Source of the DNA: an uncultured Bacteroidales bacterium
Lineage (GTDB): Bacteria; Bacteroidota; Bacteroidia; Bacteroidales; VadinHA17
Length of the DNA stretch: 64,000 nucleotides
NCBI GenBank assembly: GCA_963782945.1
Contig: CAWALO010000026.1
Span: 36,742-100,741, forward strand
Reading direction: 5' to 3'
In this document: one piece after another, positions 1 through 8,473 of the stretch
How positions within the stretch are numbered: position 1 is the stretch's first letter
Layout: each line of letters opens with the position of its first letter
Notes under the pieces: model-generated
Told to the model about the DNA's origin: nothing
Databases searched by the model: none
The model's input: only the letters and a program-made list of their open reading frames with translations
Program-made: the position numbers and the translations under genes

Positions 1-500
1 ACGTGCATATCTCCCTGCTGATTATACTTCAGCTGGTAAAACTTCAGCATATCAGATATTTTAAACATCTTCTCTTCTAAAATAAAGTATATGTCAACAA
101 AATCTTTGGTACGCTGTCCACTTACAGATATTGCATTCAGCTTCATGGCAATCAGATCAGGGACCGACAAAATCCTGATGCCATCGATAAGAGACGGTTC
201 GTTTAAATATGGGTATCTGTGAGCAATAATATCCACATTAACATTCCCAATGCTGCCCTTTATAGTGTTTGATGCTGTATTATAAAGTTGAAGCGGATAA
301 TCCTGCTGGATCAACTCTATTACATGGGAAGCATCAAATGTGAAATTTGAGAAAAGATCTATATCAATCGATTTACGATGACCCATATAGAGTGCAAATG
401 CTGTACCTCCTACAAGATTAAAACCTCTTAAATAGTCTCTGCTCTGAAGTGATTTCAGGAGTTCCAGAGTGGCCGGTTCAACCGCTGTCTTGAATAACAT
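1..500 (-). CDS. AbiEii/AbiGii-type nucleotidyltransferase toxin (type IV TA); 3' end cut by window edge
   Basis: Absent from the ORF track because it runs off the edge. My translation from the ATG at 500-498 reads MLFKTAVEPATLELLKSLQSRDYLRGFNLVGGTAFALYMGHRKSIDIDLFSNFTFD... and stays open to base 3. The GGTA..L..GHR.S.DIDLF stretch is the typical AbiEii N-terminal nucleotidyltransferase signature. Confidence 0.7.
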   Translation of the reverse strand, partial: MLFKTAVEPATLELLKSLQSRDYLRGFNLVGGTAFALYMGHRKSIDIDLFSNFTFDASHVIELIQQDYPLQLYNTASNTIKGSIGNVNVDIIAHRYPYLNEPSLIDGIRILSVPDLIAMKLNAISVSGQRTKDFVDIYFILEEKMFKISDMLKFYQLKYNQQGDMH

Positions 501-763
501 CTAAAAGCTTTTAAAGGAATATTTAAAAGTCGTGAAACAAAATTGAGGGTTTTCGGGTCGATATAGTTCTCCTTTTCTAACACCTCTCCTACTTCTTTTG
601 CACCGTAATAATTTAGTATCAGCATTATTTCCTTTGCAGTACCCATGGCAAAAACACGGTCTATGATTAACCGTTTTGATCCCTTCGCATCCAGAGTGCG
701 GGAATCAATGTCCCAGAAATATTTTGGGTTTAAATCCTTTGAAATATCCAGTTTTTCCGTCAT
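455..763 (-). CDS. small protein upstream of and overlapping the AbiEii gene; putative cognate antitoxin-like partner
   Basis: 102-aa ORF that overlaps the toxin start by 46 nt in the same orientation. YFWDID...LIIDRVFAMG resembles the small partners usually found in front of AbiEii genes. This family recollection is not verified. Confidence 0.5.
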   Translation of the reverse strand: MTEKLDISKDLNPKYFWDIDSRTLDAKGSKRLIIDRVFAMGTAKEIMLILNYYGAKEVGEVLEKENYIDPKTLNFVSRLLNIPLKAFRCYSRQRLNRPLWNS

Positions 764-880
764 TCTTTCCTAAAGATAGTTAATTATATGCTACAAAAAA
801 AATGTATGGGCTGGTATAAGCTGTAGAAGAGTTGCAGGGGTTGAAGGGGGTTCAGGTTCTCACCATAAACCCACCCCTAA

Positions 881-896
881 CCCCTCCAGGGAGGGG
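881..896. repeat. REP-like GC hairpin cccctCCAGGgagggg
   Basis: Perfect palindrome. The same ccccTCCAGGgg core recurs at 43026-43041. Confidence 0.6.
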
Positions 897-916
897 AACT
901 TTTGGGAATTACCTTT

Positions 917-980
917 CCACCTTTGCATCGTCACACCGTCGTACCGTTGTACCTTTGCACCGTCGCACCATCGCACCATC
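917..980. repeat. short-period tandem micro-repeat block (cctttgcaYcgtcRcacc-type units)
   Basis: The sequence cacctttgcatcgtcacaccgtcgtaccgttgtacctttgcaccgtcgcaccatcgcaccatc sits directly after the upxY stop. Confidence 0.6.
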
Positions 981-1530
981 AAATCTTCCTCAGAAAAGCA
1001 ACGGGGATCTTGACCAGCAGGTTCTGATCGAGCCTGTCGATGCGTATAACCACCCTGTTCTTTTTACCAATCTTTATTAATTCACCTCTCAGACCGACGA
1101 GCGAACCGCTTATCACCTCGACATTATCCCCTTTGTCAAAATTTTCCGAGGTGACTTCAATTTTGGCATCGCTGTCAACAAGCAGTCTCAGATTATCTAT
1201 CTGCTTTTTAGGGATCGCTACAGGCTTGCCTTCAAAAGAGACAAATTTAACAATACCCGGAACCCTGTATACGTAGTGAAAATTCTTCGTCTTTGTCCTG
1301 ACAAAAAGATATGAGGGAAGCAGGGGTTTTTCAACAAGCTTCTTGCGGTCGCTCCATTTCCTGTATCCCTTCTGCATAGGAAGAAAAGTCTCAACACCTT
1401 CTTCCAAAAGCCTCTGATTAACAAGCTTCTCAGCACGGGGTTTTGTGTAGATTGCATACCATTTTTCTTCGATTGTCTTTTTTGGTATGCTGGTAGTCTC
1501 TTCAACAGTTTCAGTCTCATTCACATCCAT
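979..1530 (-). CDS. UpxY-family (NusG-like) transcription antiterminator
   Basis: 183 aa. WYAIYTKPRAEK...LPSYLFV is a NusG N-terminal domain, and GDNVEVISGSLVGLRGELIKI is a KOW motif. Size and layout match Bacteroidota capsule-locus UpxY proteins. Confidence 0.8.
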   Translation of the reverse strand: MDVNETETVEETTSIPKKTIEEKWYAIYTKPRAEKLVNQRLLEEGVETFLPMQKGYRKWSDRKKLVEKPLLPSYLFVRTKTKNFHYVYRVPGIVKFVSFEGKPVAIPKKQIDNLRLLVDSDAKIEVTSENFDKGDNVEVISGSLVGLRGELIKIGKKNRVVIRIDRLDQNLLVKIPVAFLRKI

Positions 1531-1569
1531 AATGGAAGGGGGTTTAGAATCGTTTCAAAGATAAGGAAA

Positions 1570-1710
1570 TTGTTTATTTCTTTTGCTTGCTAAAAGAAAT
1601 GGAGCCGAACGATAAGGAGGGTGTCTAAAAGGATACTTATCTCCAATTATTAGTTGTTCATTTCTTTTGCTTCTCCAAAAGAAAAGGGGCTGAGCGTTAA
1701 GAAATAGCCC
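1570..1710. repeat. two local copies of a tttcttttgc..aaaagaaa hairpin module
   Basis: ttgtttatttcttttgcttgctaaaagaaatggagccgaacgataagga (about 1570-1620) resembles ttgttcatttcttttgcttctccaaaagaaaaggggctgagcgttaagaaa (about 1654-1705). Confidence 0.4.
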
Positions 1711-3657
1711 GGTGGGCTATTTTAGCGAAGAGCCGGGCAGCAGAGGTGGCAGAAAAGGAGCCCGGAAAAGACAACCTCATCCTTTTTGTCCGCCTGCTGC
1801 ACAGGCCTTTACGCGCCACCAAAAAGGCTGAGGTTCGCTCCTTTTCCGGTTTGCCTGCGCGCCGCTAAAGTATTGGTTTTTCAGACGGTCTCAGAGACTT
1901 TTAGAATTTGAAAATTAAACCGAAATGGCAGTATTTTTTCGCCCCCTTTGGGGGAGATGGCTGCGCCAGCAGCCAGAGGGGGTTAAATAAGATGTTGAAA
2001 GCTCCAAACGAAAAGGCGCCAAGTGAAGCATACCGCACACCACACGCCAATAGACTAAACTAACGTATAGTAATTAATTATATATTTGCTCTATAAACCA
2101 TTCAATGACCATCTTGAAAAAAACTACTTTAATATTACTCCTTCTCAATATTTTTATATTCAATAAAACACTTTTTTCCCAGGAAGTACCTCACCCGGTC
2201 AAAAATACTGGTGTCTACGACTTCCTCGATGAACTGGCAAATAACCAGATAATTGAGATCAACTCAGCAGTAAAACCGTATTCAAGACTCTTCATCTCCA
2301 ACCGCCTCAGGGAAGCTGATGCAAAGAGGGAACAACTTACTCCCCGGCAACAGAAAGAACTCGATTTCTACCTGAAGGATTTCGGAAAAGAGTTCCAGCC
2401 CGGGAAGGATTGGAAAAGACGGACTGACCTCCTTTATTACAAGGATTCCCTGTTTTCATTGACAATCAACCCGATCCTCGGGGGAGAGATGTTCTCAAAT
2501 TCTTCAGGTACTGCAACATACTGGCGTAATGGCGCTGAAGCCCGCGGATATATAGGCAAGTGGGGCTTTTATGCATCGCTTCGCGATAACCACGAAGAGC
2601 CTCTGCTCGGAAAACCTGAATACCTGACAAAAAGAGAGGGAGGGCACATAAAAAACAGCACCGACTGGAGCGAAATGCAGGGAGGCGTAACCTATGGCTG
2701 GAAATGGGGTTACATAGGGCTCGTAAAAGACAGGGTGCAATGGGGCGACAACTATAACGGAGCAAATATCCTTGGAGGCAACAATCCAACTTATGTCCAG
2801 ATCAAACTGAAGATCTCCCCGGTTAAATGGCTTGACTTCAATTATTTCCATGGGTGGCTCACCTCAATGGTAGTCGACAGCGCCGAATCCTACTGGGTAA
2901 TGAACAGCTACGGGACAGACTACCGGGAGGTGTATCATAAAAAGTATATGGCAGCCAACATGTTCACATTTACACCACTTAAGAATCTCAATCTCTCTTT
3001 TGGAAACAGCATAATATATGATAGTGAAAATGTCAACCCGGCATACCTGATACCCGTCTTATTTTATAAGTCCGTCGACCACTCGATGACAACCGGCATC
3101 AACAATATGAACTCTCAGATGTATTTCGCAATAAGCTCACGTCAAATAAGAAAAGTTCATATATATGCCGATGTTTTCATTGATGAACTGTCGGTAAGTC
3201 GCATCAGCAATCCCGATGAATGGAACTTCCTCAGCTATAAAGCAGGCTTCAGGCTTACGGACCTTCCTTTTTCAAACATATCATTCACAACGGAATTTAC
3301 TTATTCCTACCCGCTTACCTATCAGCATAATGTCCCGACAACCACCTTCGAGACAGCCAATTTCAACATGGGTCATTACCTCAGGGATAATTCAAGGGAA
3401 TGGTATCTTGCGCTCAACTACCGCCCGATGCGTACGATGGATATTAACCTTTTCTTCATTGATGCGATCCGCGGCCCGGATTATGATGAGCTGGGCGGCT
3501 CACGCATCGGCAATCCTCCCCTGGCTTCAGTTGAATGGCACAATACAACACTTGGATTGAAAGCATCATACCAGGTTATCAACGATCTTTATGCATGGTT
3601 CTCAGCATCATCCAGCAACATCAGGGGCGATGAGAGATGGAGCCCGGAGTATTTTTA
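1627..3657 (+). repeat. copy 1 of a 2,050-bp-period tandem duplication
   Basis: Aligns base-for-base with 3677-5707 at a constant offset of 2050. I count 15 mismatches in 2031 bp. Confidence 0.95.
2081..2088 (+). promoter_or_regulatory. candidate Bacteroidota -7 box TATATTTG (TAnnTTTG)
   Basis: Matches the TAnnTTTG consensus and ends 16 nt upstream of the ATG at 2105. Confidence 0.4.
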
Positions 3658-3658
3658 A
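2105..3658 (+). CDS. capsule-assembly Wzi-like outer-membrane beta-barrel protein, copy 1 (lacks the last 15 codons of copy 2)
   Basis: 517 aa with a signal peptide. The N-terminal YDFLDELANNQII...KPYSR helix region is followed by an aromatic/Gly-rich barrel-like sequence. The ORF ends at the duplication junction. The Wzi assignment is from memory of the family. Confidence 0.55.
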   Translation: MTILKKTTLILLLLNIFIFNKTLFSQEVPHPVKNTGVYDFLDELANNQIIEINSAVKPYSRLFISNRLREADAKREQLTPRQQKELDFYLKDFGKEFQPGKDWKRRTDLLYYKDSLFSLTINPILGGEMFSNSSGTATYWRNGAEARGYIGKWGFYASLRDNHEEPLLGKPEYLTKREGGHIKNSTDWSEMQGGVTYGWKWGYIGLVKDRVQWGDNYNGANILGGNNPTYVQIKLKISPVKWLDFNYFHGWLTSMVVDSAESYWVMNSYGTDYREVYHKKYMAANMFTFTPLKNLNLSFGNSIIYDSENVNPAYLIPVLFYKSVDHSMTTGINNMNSQMYFAISSRQIRKVHIYADVFIDELSVSRISNPDEWNFLSYKAGFRLTDLPFSNISFTTEFTYSYPLTYQHNVPTTTFETANFNMGHYLRDNSREWYLALNYRPMRTMDINLFFIDAIRGPDYDELGGSRIGNPPLASVEWHNTTLGLKASYQVINDLYAWFSASSSNIRGDERWSPEYF

Positions 3659-3676
3659 AAAAAAAAAGTAAGGTGT

Positions 3677-5707
3677 AAAAGGATACTTATCTCCAATTAT
3701 TAGTTGTTCATTTCTTTTGCTTCTCCAAAAGAAAAGGGGCTGAGCGTTAAGAAATAGCCCGGTGGGCTATTTTAGCGAAGAGCCGGGCAGCAGAGGTGGC
3801 AGAAAAGGAGCCCGGAAAAGACAACCTCATCCTTTTTGTCCGCCTGCTGCACAGGCCTTTACGCGCCACCAAAAAGGCTGAGGTTCGCTCCTTTTCCGGT
3901 TTGCCTGCGCGCCGCTAAAGTATTGGTTTTTCAGACGGTCTCAGAGACTTTTAGAATTTGAAAATTAAACCGAAATGGCAGTATTTTTTCGCCCCCTTTG
4001 GGGGAGATGGCTGCGCCAGCAGCCAGAGGGGGTTAAATAAGATGTTGAAAGCTCCAAACGAAAAGGCGCCAAGTGAAGCATACCGCACACCACACGCCAA
4101 TAGACTAAACTAACGTATAGTAATTAATTATATATTTGTTCTATAAACCATCCATTGGCTATCTTGAAAAAAACTACTTTAATATTACTGCTTCTCAATA
4201 TTTTTATTTTCAATAAGACCCTTTTTTCCCAGGAAGTACCTCACCCGGTCAAAAATACTGGTGTCTACGACTTCCTCGATGAACTGGCAAATAACCAGAT
4301 AATTGAGATCAACTCAGGAGTAAAACCGTATTCAAGACTCTTCATCTCCAACCGCCTCAGGGAAGCTGATGCAAAGAGGGAACAACTTACTCCCCGGCAA
4401 CAGAAAGAACTCGATTTCTACCTGAAGGATTTCGGAAAAGAGTTCCAGCCCGGGAAGGATTGGAAGAGACGGACTGACCTCCTTTATTACAAGGATTCCC
4501 TGTTTTCATTGACAATCAACCCGATCCTCGGGGGAGAGATGTTCTCAAATTCTTCAGGTACTGCAACATACTGGCGTAATGGCGCTGAAGCCCGAGGATA
4601 TATAGGCAAGTGGGGCTTTTATGCATCGCTTCGCGATAACCACGAAGAGCCTCTGCTCGGAAAACCTGAATACCTGACAAAAAGAGAGGGAGGGCACATA
4701 AAAAACAGCACCGACTGGAGCGAAATGCAGGGAGGCGTAACCTATGGCTGGAAATGGGGTTACATAGGGCTCGTAAAAGACAGGGTGCAATGGGGCGACA
4801 ACTATAACGGAGCAAATATCCTTGGAGGCAACAATCCAACTTATGTCCAGATCAAACTGAAGATCTCCCCGGTTAAATGGCTTGACTTCAATTATTTCCA
4901 TGGGTGGCTCACCTCAATGGTAGTCGACAGCGCCGAATCCTACTGGGTAATGAACAGCTACGGGACAGACTACCGGGAGGTGTATCATAAAAAGTATATG
5001 GCAGCCAACATGTTCACATTTACACCACTTAAGAATCTCAATCTCTCTTTTGGAAACAGCATAATATATGATAGTGAAAATGTCAACCCGGCATACCTGA
5101 TACCCGTCTTATTTTATAAGTCCGTCGACCACTCGATGACAACCGGCATCAACAATATGAACTCTCAGATGTATTTCGCAATAAGCTCACGTCAAATAAG
5201 AAAAGTTCATATATATGCCGATGTTTTCATTGATGAACTGTCGGTAAGCCGCATCAGCAATCCCGATGAATGGAACTTCCTCAGCTATAAAGCAGGCTTC
5301 AGGCTTACGGACCTTCCTTTTTCAAACATATCATTCACCACGGAATTTACTTATTCCTACCCGCTTACCTATCAGCATAATGTCCCGACAACCACCTTCG
5401 AGACAGCCAATTTCAACATGGGTCATTACCTCAGGGATAATTCAAGGGAATGGTATCTTGCGCTCAACTACCGCCCGATGCGTACGATGGATATTAACCT
5501 TTTCTTCATTGATGCTATCCGCGGCCCGGATTATGATGAGCTGGGCGGCTCACGCATCGGCAATCCTCCCCTGGCTTCAGTTGAATGGCACAATACAACA
5601 CTTGGATTGAAAGCATCATACCAGGTTATCAACGATCTTTATGCATGGTTCTCAGCATCATCCAGCAACATCAGGGGCGATGAGAGATGGAGCCCGGAGT
5701 ATTTTTA
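3677..5707 (+). repeat. copy 2 of the tandem duplication
   Basis: See copy 1. The junction at 3658-3676 is an A-run followed by gtaaggtgt. Confidence 0.95.
4131..4138 (+). promoter_or_regulatory. candidate -7 box TATATTTG (duplicate of 2081-2088)
   Basis: Identical motif at offset 2050. Confidence 0.35.
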
Positions 5708-5753
5708 CGGGAAGAAGAATACAGTGAACTTTGGAGTAACGGCTGGATTTTGA
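4155..5753 (+). CDS. capsule-assembly Wzi-like outer-membrane beta-barrel protein, copy 2 (full length, TTG start)
   Basis: 532 aa, differing from copy 1 only at T2A and A55G plus the extra C-terminal YGKKNTVNFGVTAGF. The start codon is TTG where copy 1 has ATG. Confidence 0.55.
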   Translation: MAILKKTTLILLLLNIFIFNKTLFSQEVPHPVKNTGVYDFLDELANNQIIEINSGVKPYSRLFISNRLREADAKREQLTPRQQKELDFYLKDFGKEFQPGKDWKRRTDLLYYKDSLFSLTINPILGGEMFSNSSGTATYWRNGAEARGYIGKWGFYASLRDNHEEPLLGKPEYLTKREGGHIKNSTDWSEMQGGVTYGWKWGYIGLVKDRVQWGDNYNGANILGGNNPTYVQIKLKISPVKWLDFNYFHGWLTSMVVDSAESYWVMNSYGTDYREVYHKKYMAANMFTFTPLKNLNLSFGNSIIYDSENVNPAYLIPVLFYKSVDHSMTTGINNMNSQMYFAISSRQIRKVHIYADVFIDELSVSRISNPDEWNFLSYKAGFRLTDLPFSNISFTTEFTYSYPLTYQHNVPTTTFETANFNMGHYLRDNSREWYLALNYRPMRTMDINLFFIDAIRGPDYDELGGSRIGNPPLASVEWHNTTLGLKASYQVINDLYAWFSASSSNIRGDERWSPEYFYGKKNTVNFGVTAGF

Positions 5754-5755
5754 CA

Positions 5756-6240
5756 CCCCCAAACCCCAAAGGCCGTCAACCTAAGGAGTCTGAAAAAGGT
5801 ATTACAGGGATGATAAGTAAAAGCAAACGGATTTTAATGTTGAAATTAAGTCAGGTAATGATATTCTCCCCTCCTTTTGAAGCTAATCTTCCATCACATT
5901 TATTTAGGTTCTGAAAATGCAGAGTATAATACACTGTAAAACAATAATGTAAGACTATCGTATAATAAGATAGAGATTCCTCGCTGCGCTCGGAATGACA
6001 GTTCATTTTTAGGGGAGGGGAGGGAGAAGCGGCGATTCGTCACAAATAGAATTTCAAAAAAAATATCGTTCGAATCGCCGCATCTCCCTCTCTAACTATA
6101 TATTAGCTTGTCATTCCGAGCACAGCGAGGAATCTTATGCACTATTCACAATTTCTCTGAAAATTGATTCACTGGTATACAGTTTATCCAGGAGGAAAGA
6201 TGTGAATAAAGAGTAGCTTCAAAAGGAGGGGAAACTTATT
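5756..6240. repeat. nested-palindrome element E1 (MITE-like, divergent family member)
   Basis: The outer arms share tcccctccttttgaagcta (left) and tagcttcaaaaggagggga (right). The middle inverted repeat is gattcctcgctgcgctcggaatgaca (5975-6000) against tgtcattccgagcacagcgaggaatc (6109-6134). The core inverted repeat is gagaagcggcgattcg / cgaatcgccgcatctc. Confidence 0.8.
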
Positions 6241-6250
6241 GACTAATAAT

Positions 6251-6297
6251 TTCTCCCATTCTCCCCCTCTCCTTTTTTCCCCCTCTCCCTTCCCCCT
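6251..6297. repeat. CT-rich micro-repeat block (reverse complement of the GGGAGA type)
   Basis: The block reads ttctcccattctccccctctccttttttccccctctcccttccccc. Confidence 0.6.
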
Positions 6298-6409
6298 TAA
6301 TTCGTCAATATATCCAAACTGTTGGTCAATTTTCATTAGCTTTCATCCAATAAATCAACGAAATTTTAGTTACTTTACAGATGGGAAAAGTCAGCCCAGC
6401 CTAACTTTG

Positions 6410-7960
6410 ATGGAGAAACGCAAGTTCAGGATAATCACTGTTTTAACCGATATTGTTATATTGACAATATCTTTCCTTGTTGTGGCAGGGACCAAACCTT
6501 CAGGGCTTAAATCGTATATTCCGTCTCATATACCTTTTTTTGCAGGACTTGTACTGTTGTGGATCATCGTATCACTGATCAACGGGAAGATGCACCGCGG
6601 CAAGATCATCAACTTCTCCACCCTTTTTACAAGAGTACTGACCAGCAATTTCATTGCAATATCAATCACAGCCCTGGCAATGTACCTCCTGAGGGAGTAT
6701 TTCTATTCCAGGACGATTGTATTCGGTACTGCCCTGCTCGCGACATTTCTTGAACTTTTTTTCGGTTCGATTTACATAGCCTATAAAAAAGCTCTTGTAC
6801 AGGATTATGAAGAATATGAAAAATACAAGACCTATAAAAGACCCAGTGAATATGACCTTGTAATGGGTACCAACGGAAATGGCTCACACTCTGATAATCC
6901 GGCAGAAGTTAATCCGGGCATGATAAGTGCAATAGAAAAAGAGTGCGGACCCGATATGGCAAAGGCTGTTCTGAATATTACCGGTCCGAAGCTCTCAGAT
7001 CACGCAGCAGTACTTTCAACCACAACTGCATTTAACATAAAAGGCCTGCCCCATGAGAATTATGATTATATTATCAACCTTCACAGGTTAAATGATATTA
7101 AGAACCTTAACTATTTCCTGGAAGCTGTAAACAGCAAGCTTGATTTCAAAGGATATTTCTTCTGCTGTGTCGAAACAAAAGACCAGAGGAAGAGCAGGCT
7201 TTTAAAGAAATATCCGCCTGTACTGAATTGGATATATTATACTTTCGACTTTATAATTAAAAGGATCCTTCCGAAGATCAGGTTTACCCGCAAATTATAT
7301 TTCTTTCTGACAAGGGGCGAGAACGCAGTCATTACACGGGCTGAAGCTCTCGGGAGACTGTCCAGGGCCGGATTCAGGATCAAACAGGAATCATTTATCG
7401 GGAACCAGCTATGCATTGAGGCAAGAAAATACGGAGATCCGATCCCCATTGAAGAAGGAAAGATGTATGGTCCGCTGATTGCGCTTCCAAGGGTTGGCCG
7501 TGAAGGGAAGATGATAAAGGTGTATAAACTCCGCACAATGCACCCATACTCAGAATATATACAGGACTATGTCTACAAGCTGCATGACCTGCAGGATGGA
7601 GGCAAGTTCAAAAATGATTTCAGGATAACCTCCTGGGGAGCCGTTTGCAGAAAGATCTGGCTCGATGAACTGCCGATGCTGATCAATTATGCAAAAGGAG
7701 AAATGAAACTCTTCGGTGTAAGGCCGCTCAGCAAACATTATTTTGAACTTTATAAAAAGGAAGTACAGGAGAGGCGGATAAAATATAAACCCGGACTTAT
7801 ACCTCCATTCTATGCAGATATGCCGGCAGACCTGGAACAGATACAGGCCTCCGAATTAAAGTACCTCGATTCCTTCGATAAACATCCTGTTCTGACCGAT
7901 TTCAGGTATTTCTGGAAATCGTGGGGGAATATTTTGTTCCGGAAAGTAAGAAGTAACTAA
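6410..7960 (+). CDS. polyprenyl-phosphate sugar-1-phosphate transferase (bacterial sugar transferase, WbaP/WcaJ-like) with N-terminal TM segments and a large central domain
   Basis: The C-terminal KVYKLRTM...FRITSWG...LDELPMLINYAKGEMKLFGVRP motifs mark the bacterial sugar transferase family. I start at the ATG at 6410 (MEKRKFRII...), because the track start at 6239 is a TTG inside repeat DNA. Confidence 0.8.
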   Translation: MEKRKFRIITVLTDIVILTISFLVVAGTKPSGLKSYIPSHIPFFAGLVLLWIIVSLINGKMHRGKIINFSTLFTRVLTSNFIAISITALAMYLLREYFYSRTIVFGTALLATFLELFFGSIYIAYKKALVQDYEEYEKYKTYKRPSEYDLVMGTNGNGSHSDNPAEVNPGMISAIEKECGPDMAKAVLNITGPKLSDHAAVLSTTTAFNIKGLPHENYDYIINLHRLNDIKNLNYFLEAVNSKLDFKGYFFCCVETKDQRKSRLLKKYPPVLNWIYYTFDFIIKRILPKIRFTRKLYFFLTRGENAVITRAEALGRLSRAGFRIKQESFIGNQLCIEARKYGDPIPIEEGKMYGPLIALPRVGREGKMIKVYKLRTMHPYSEYIQDYVYKLHDLQDGGKFKNDFRITSWGAVCRKIWLDELPMLINYAKGEMKLFGVRPLSKHYFELYKKEVQERRIKYKPGLIPPFYADMPADLEQIQASELKYLDSFDKHPVLTDFRYFWKSWGNILFRKVRSN

Positions 7961-8406
7961 AGGGAGAATGGGGGAATGGGGGAATGGGAGAAGGGGAGAA
8001 GGGGTGGGAGATGTTGGAGAATAGACTTAATTTAAGTGTCCATTTTTCAGGATAATAAATCATCATTACAAGTTTACCAATTATTTTCTCGTATTCTTCA
8101 TAAAACTCATTATAAATATCTTCGGTAATATATCCGCATTCCAAGGAATAATCAAGCCAAACCTGGGTTTCTGCTGCTTCAGCTTCAGAATCTGAAAGTT
8201 TAGCAATAAAAGCCTTCTCATATCTTCGTTTCCTGAAAGCTTCTGCAATATTTGCTGATACAGACCGGGAACTCCTTCGAATTTGCGAAGTCAGTGAATA
8301 AATTTCATCCTTTGGAAAGGATTTGAGATTTATCGAAAATTTTCATAGAAGTTTTAAATGACAATTGAAAAACCTCCAACTCTTTGTGGGTTTTAATGAT
8401 TTTCAT
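7902..8406 (-). pseudogene. four-helix-bundle protein (23S rRNA intervening-sequence protein family), frameshifted
   Basis: From the ATG at 8406 I read MKIIKTHKELEVFQLSFKTSMKIFDKSQILSKG*. The +1 frame continues SFPKDEIYSLTSQIRRSSRSVSANIAEAFRKRRYEKAFIAKLSDSEAEAAETQVWLDYSLECGYITEDIYNEF..., which is the family hallmark. The shift lies near 8319-8326, and the tail reads through into repeat DNA. Confidence 0.65.
7961..8020. repeat. GGGAGA-type micro-repeat block
   Basis: The block reads agggagaatgggggaatgggggaatgggagaaggggagaaggggtgggagatgttggagaat. It is an inverted partner of 8474-8540. Confidence 0.7.
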
Positions 8407-8473
8407 AATGATTTGATTTTGCAGTGACAAATTCAAATTTATACAATATATAATAAACTCACAAAATTAATAT

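Noticed and set aside
832-1080. Track ORFs lying in repeat DNA: 832-1080(+), 5687-5914(+), 8952-9143(+), 45470-45670(-), 45667-46014(-), the first 57 codons of 6239-7960 and the first 159 codons of 13196-13900(-).
   Set aside because: Their sequences are translations of micro-repeats or palindrome arms (for example HRRTVVPLHRRTIAPS, SPSPLPFHP). Homologous repeat copies elsewhere carry stops, and better starts exist for the real genes.
1740-1751. A shared 12-mer, gcagaggtggca, between the duplicated upstream block and the tRNA-Val downstream region (54696-54707). Also an 11-mer, ggctgcgccag, shared between 1969-1980 and the transposase-flanking hairpin B'.
   Set aside because: In a 64-kb window, hundreds of 12-mer coincidences are expected on two strands. 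These are not evidence of homology on their own.
3651-3667. The T5-A11 tract at the duplication junction as a slipped-strand phase-variation switch for the first Wzi-like copy.
   Set aside because: The TAA stop is formed by the last T and the first two A of the run. Length changes in the A-run therefore cannot reopen the frame, and the tract lies after the coding sequence.
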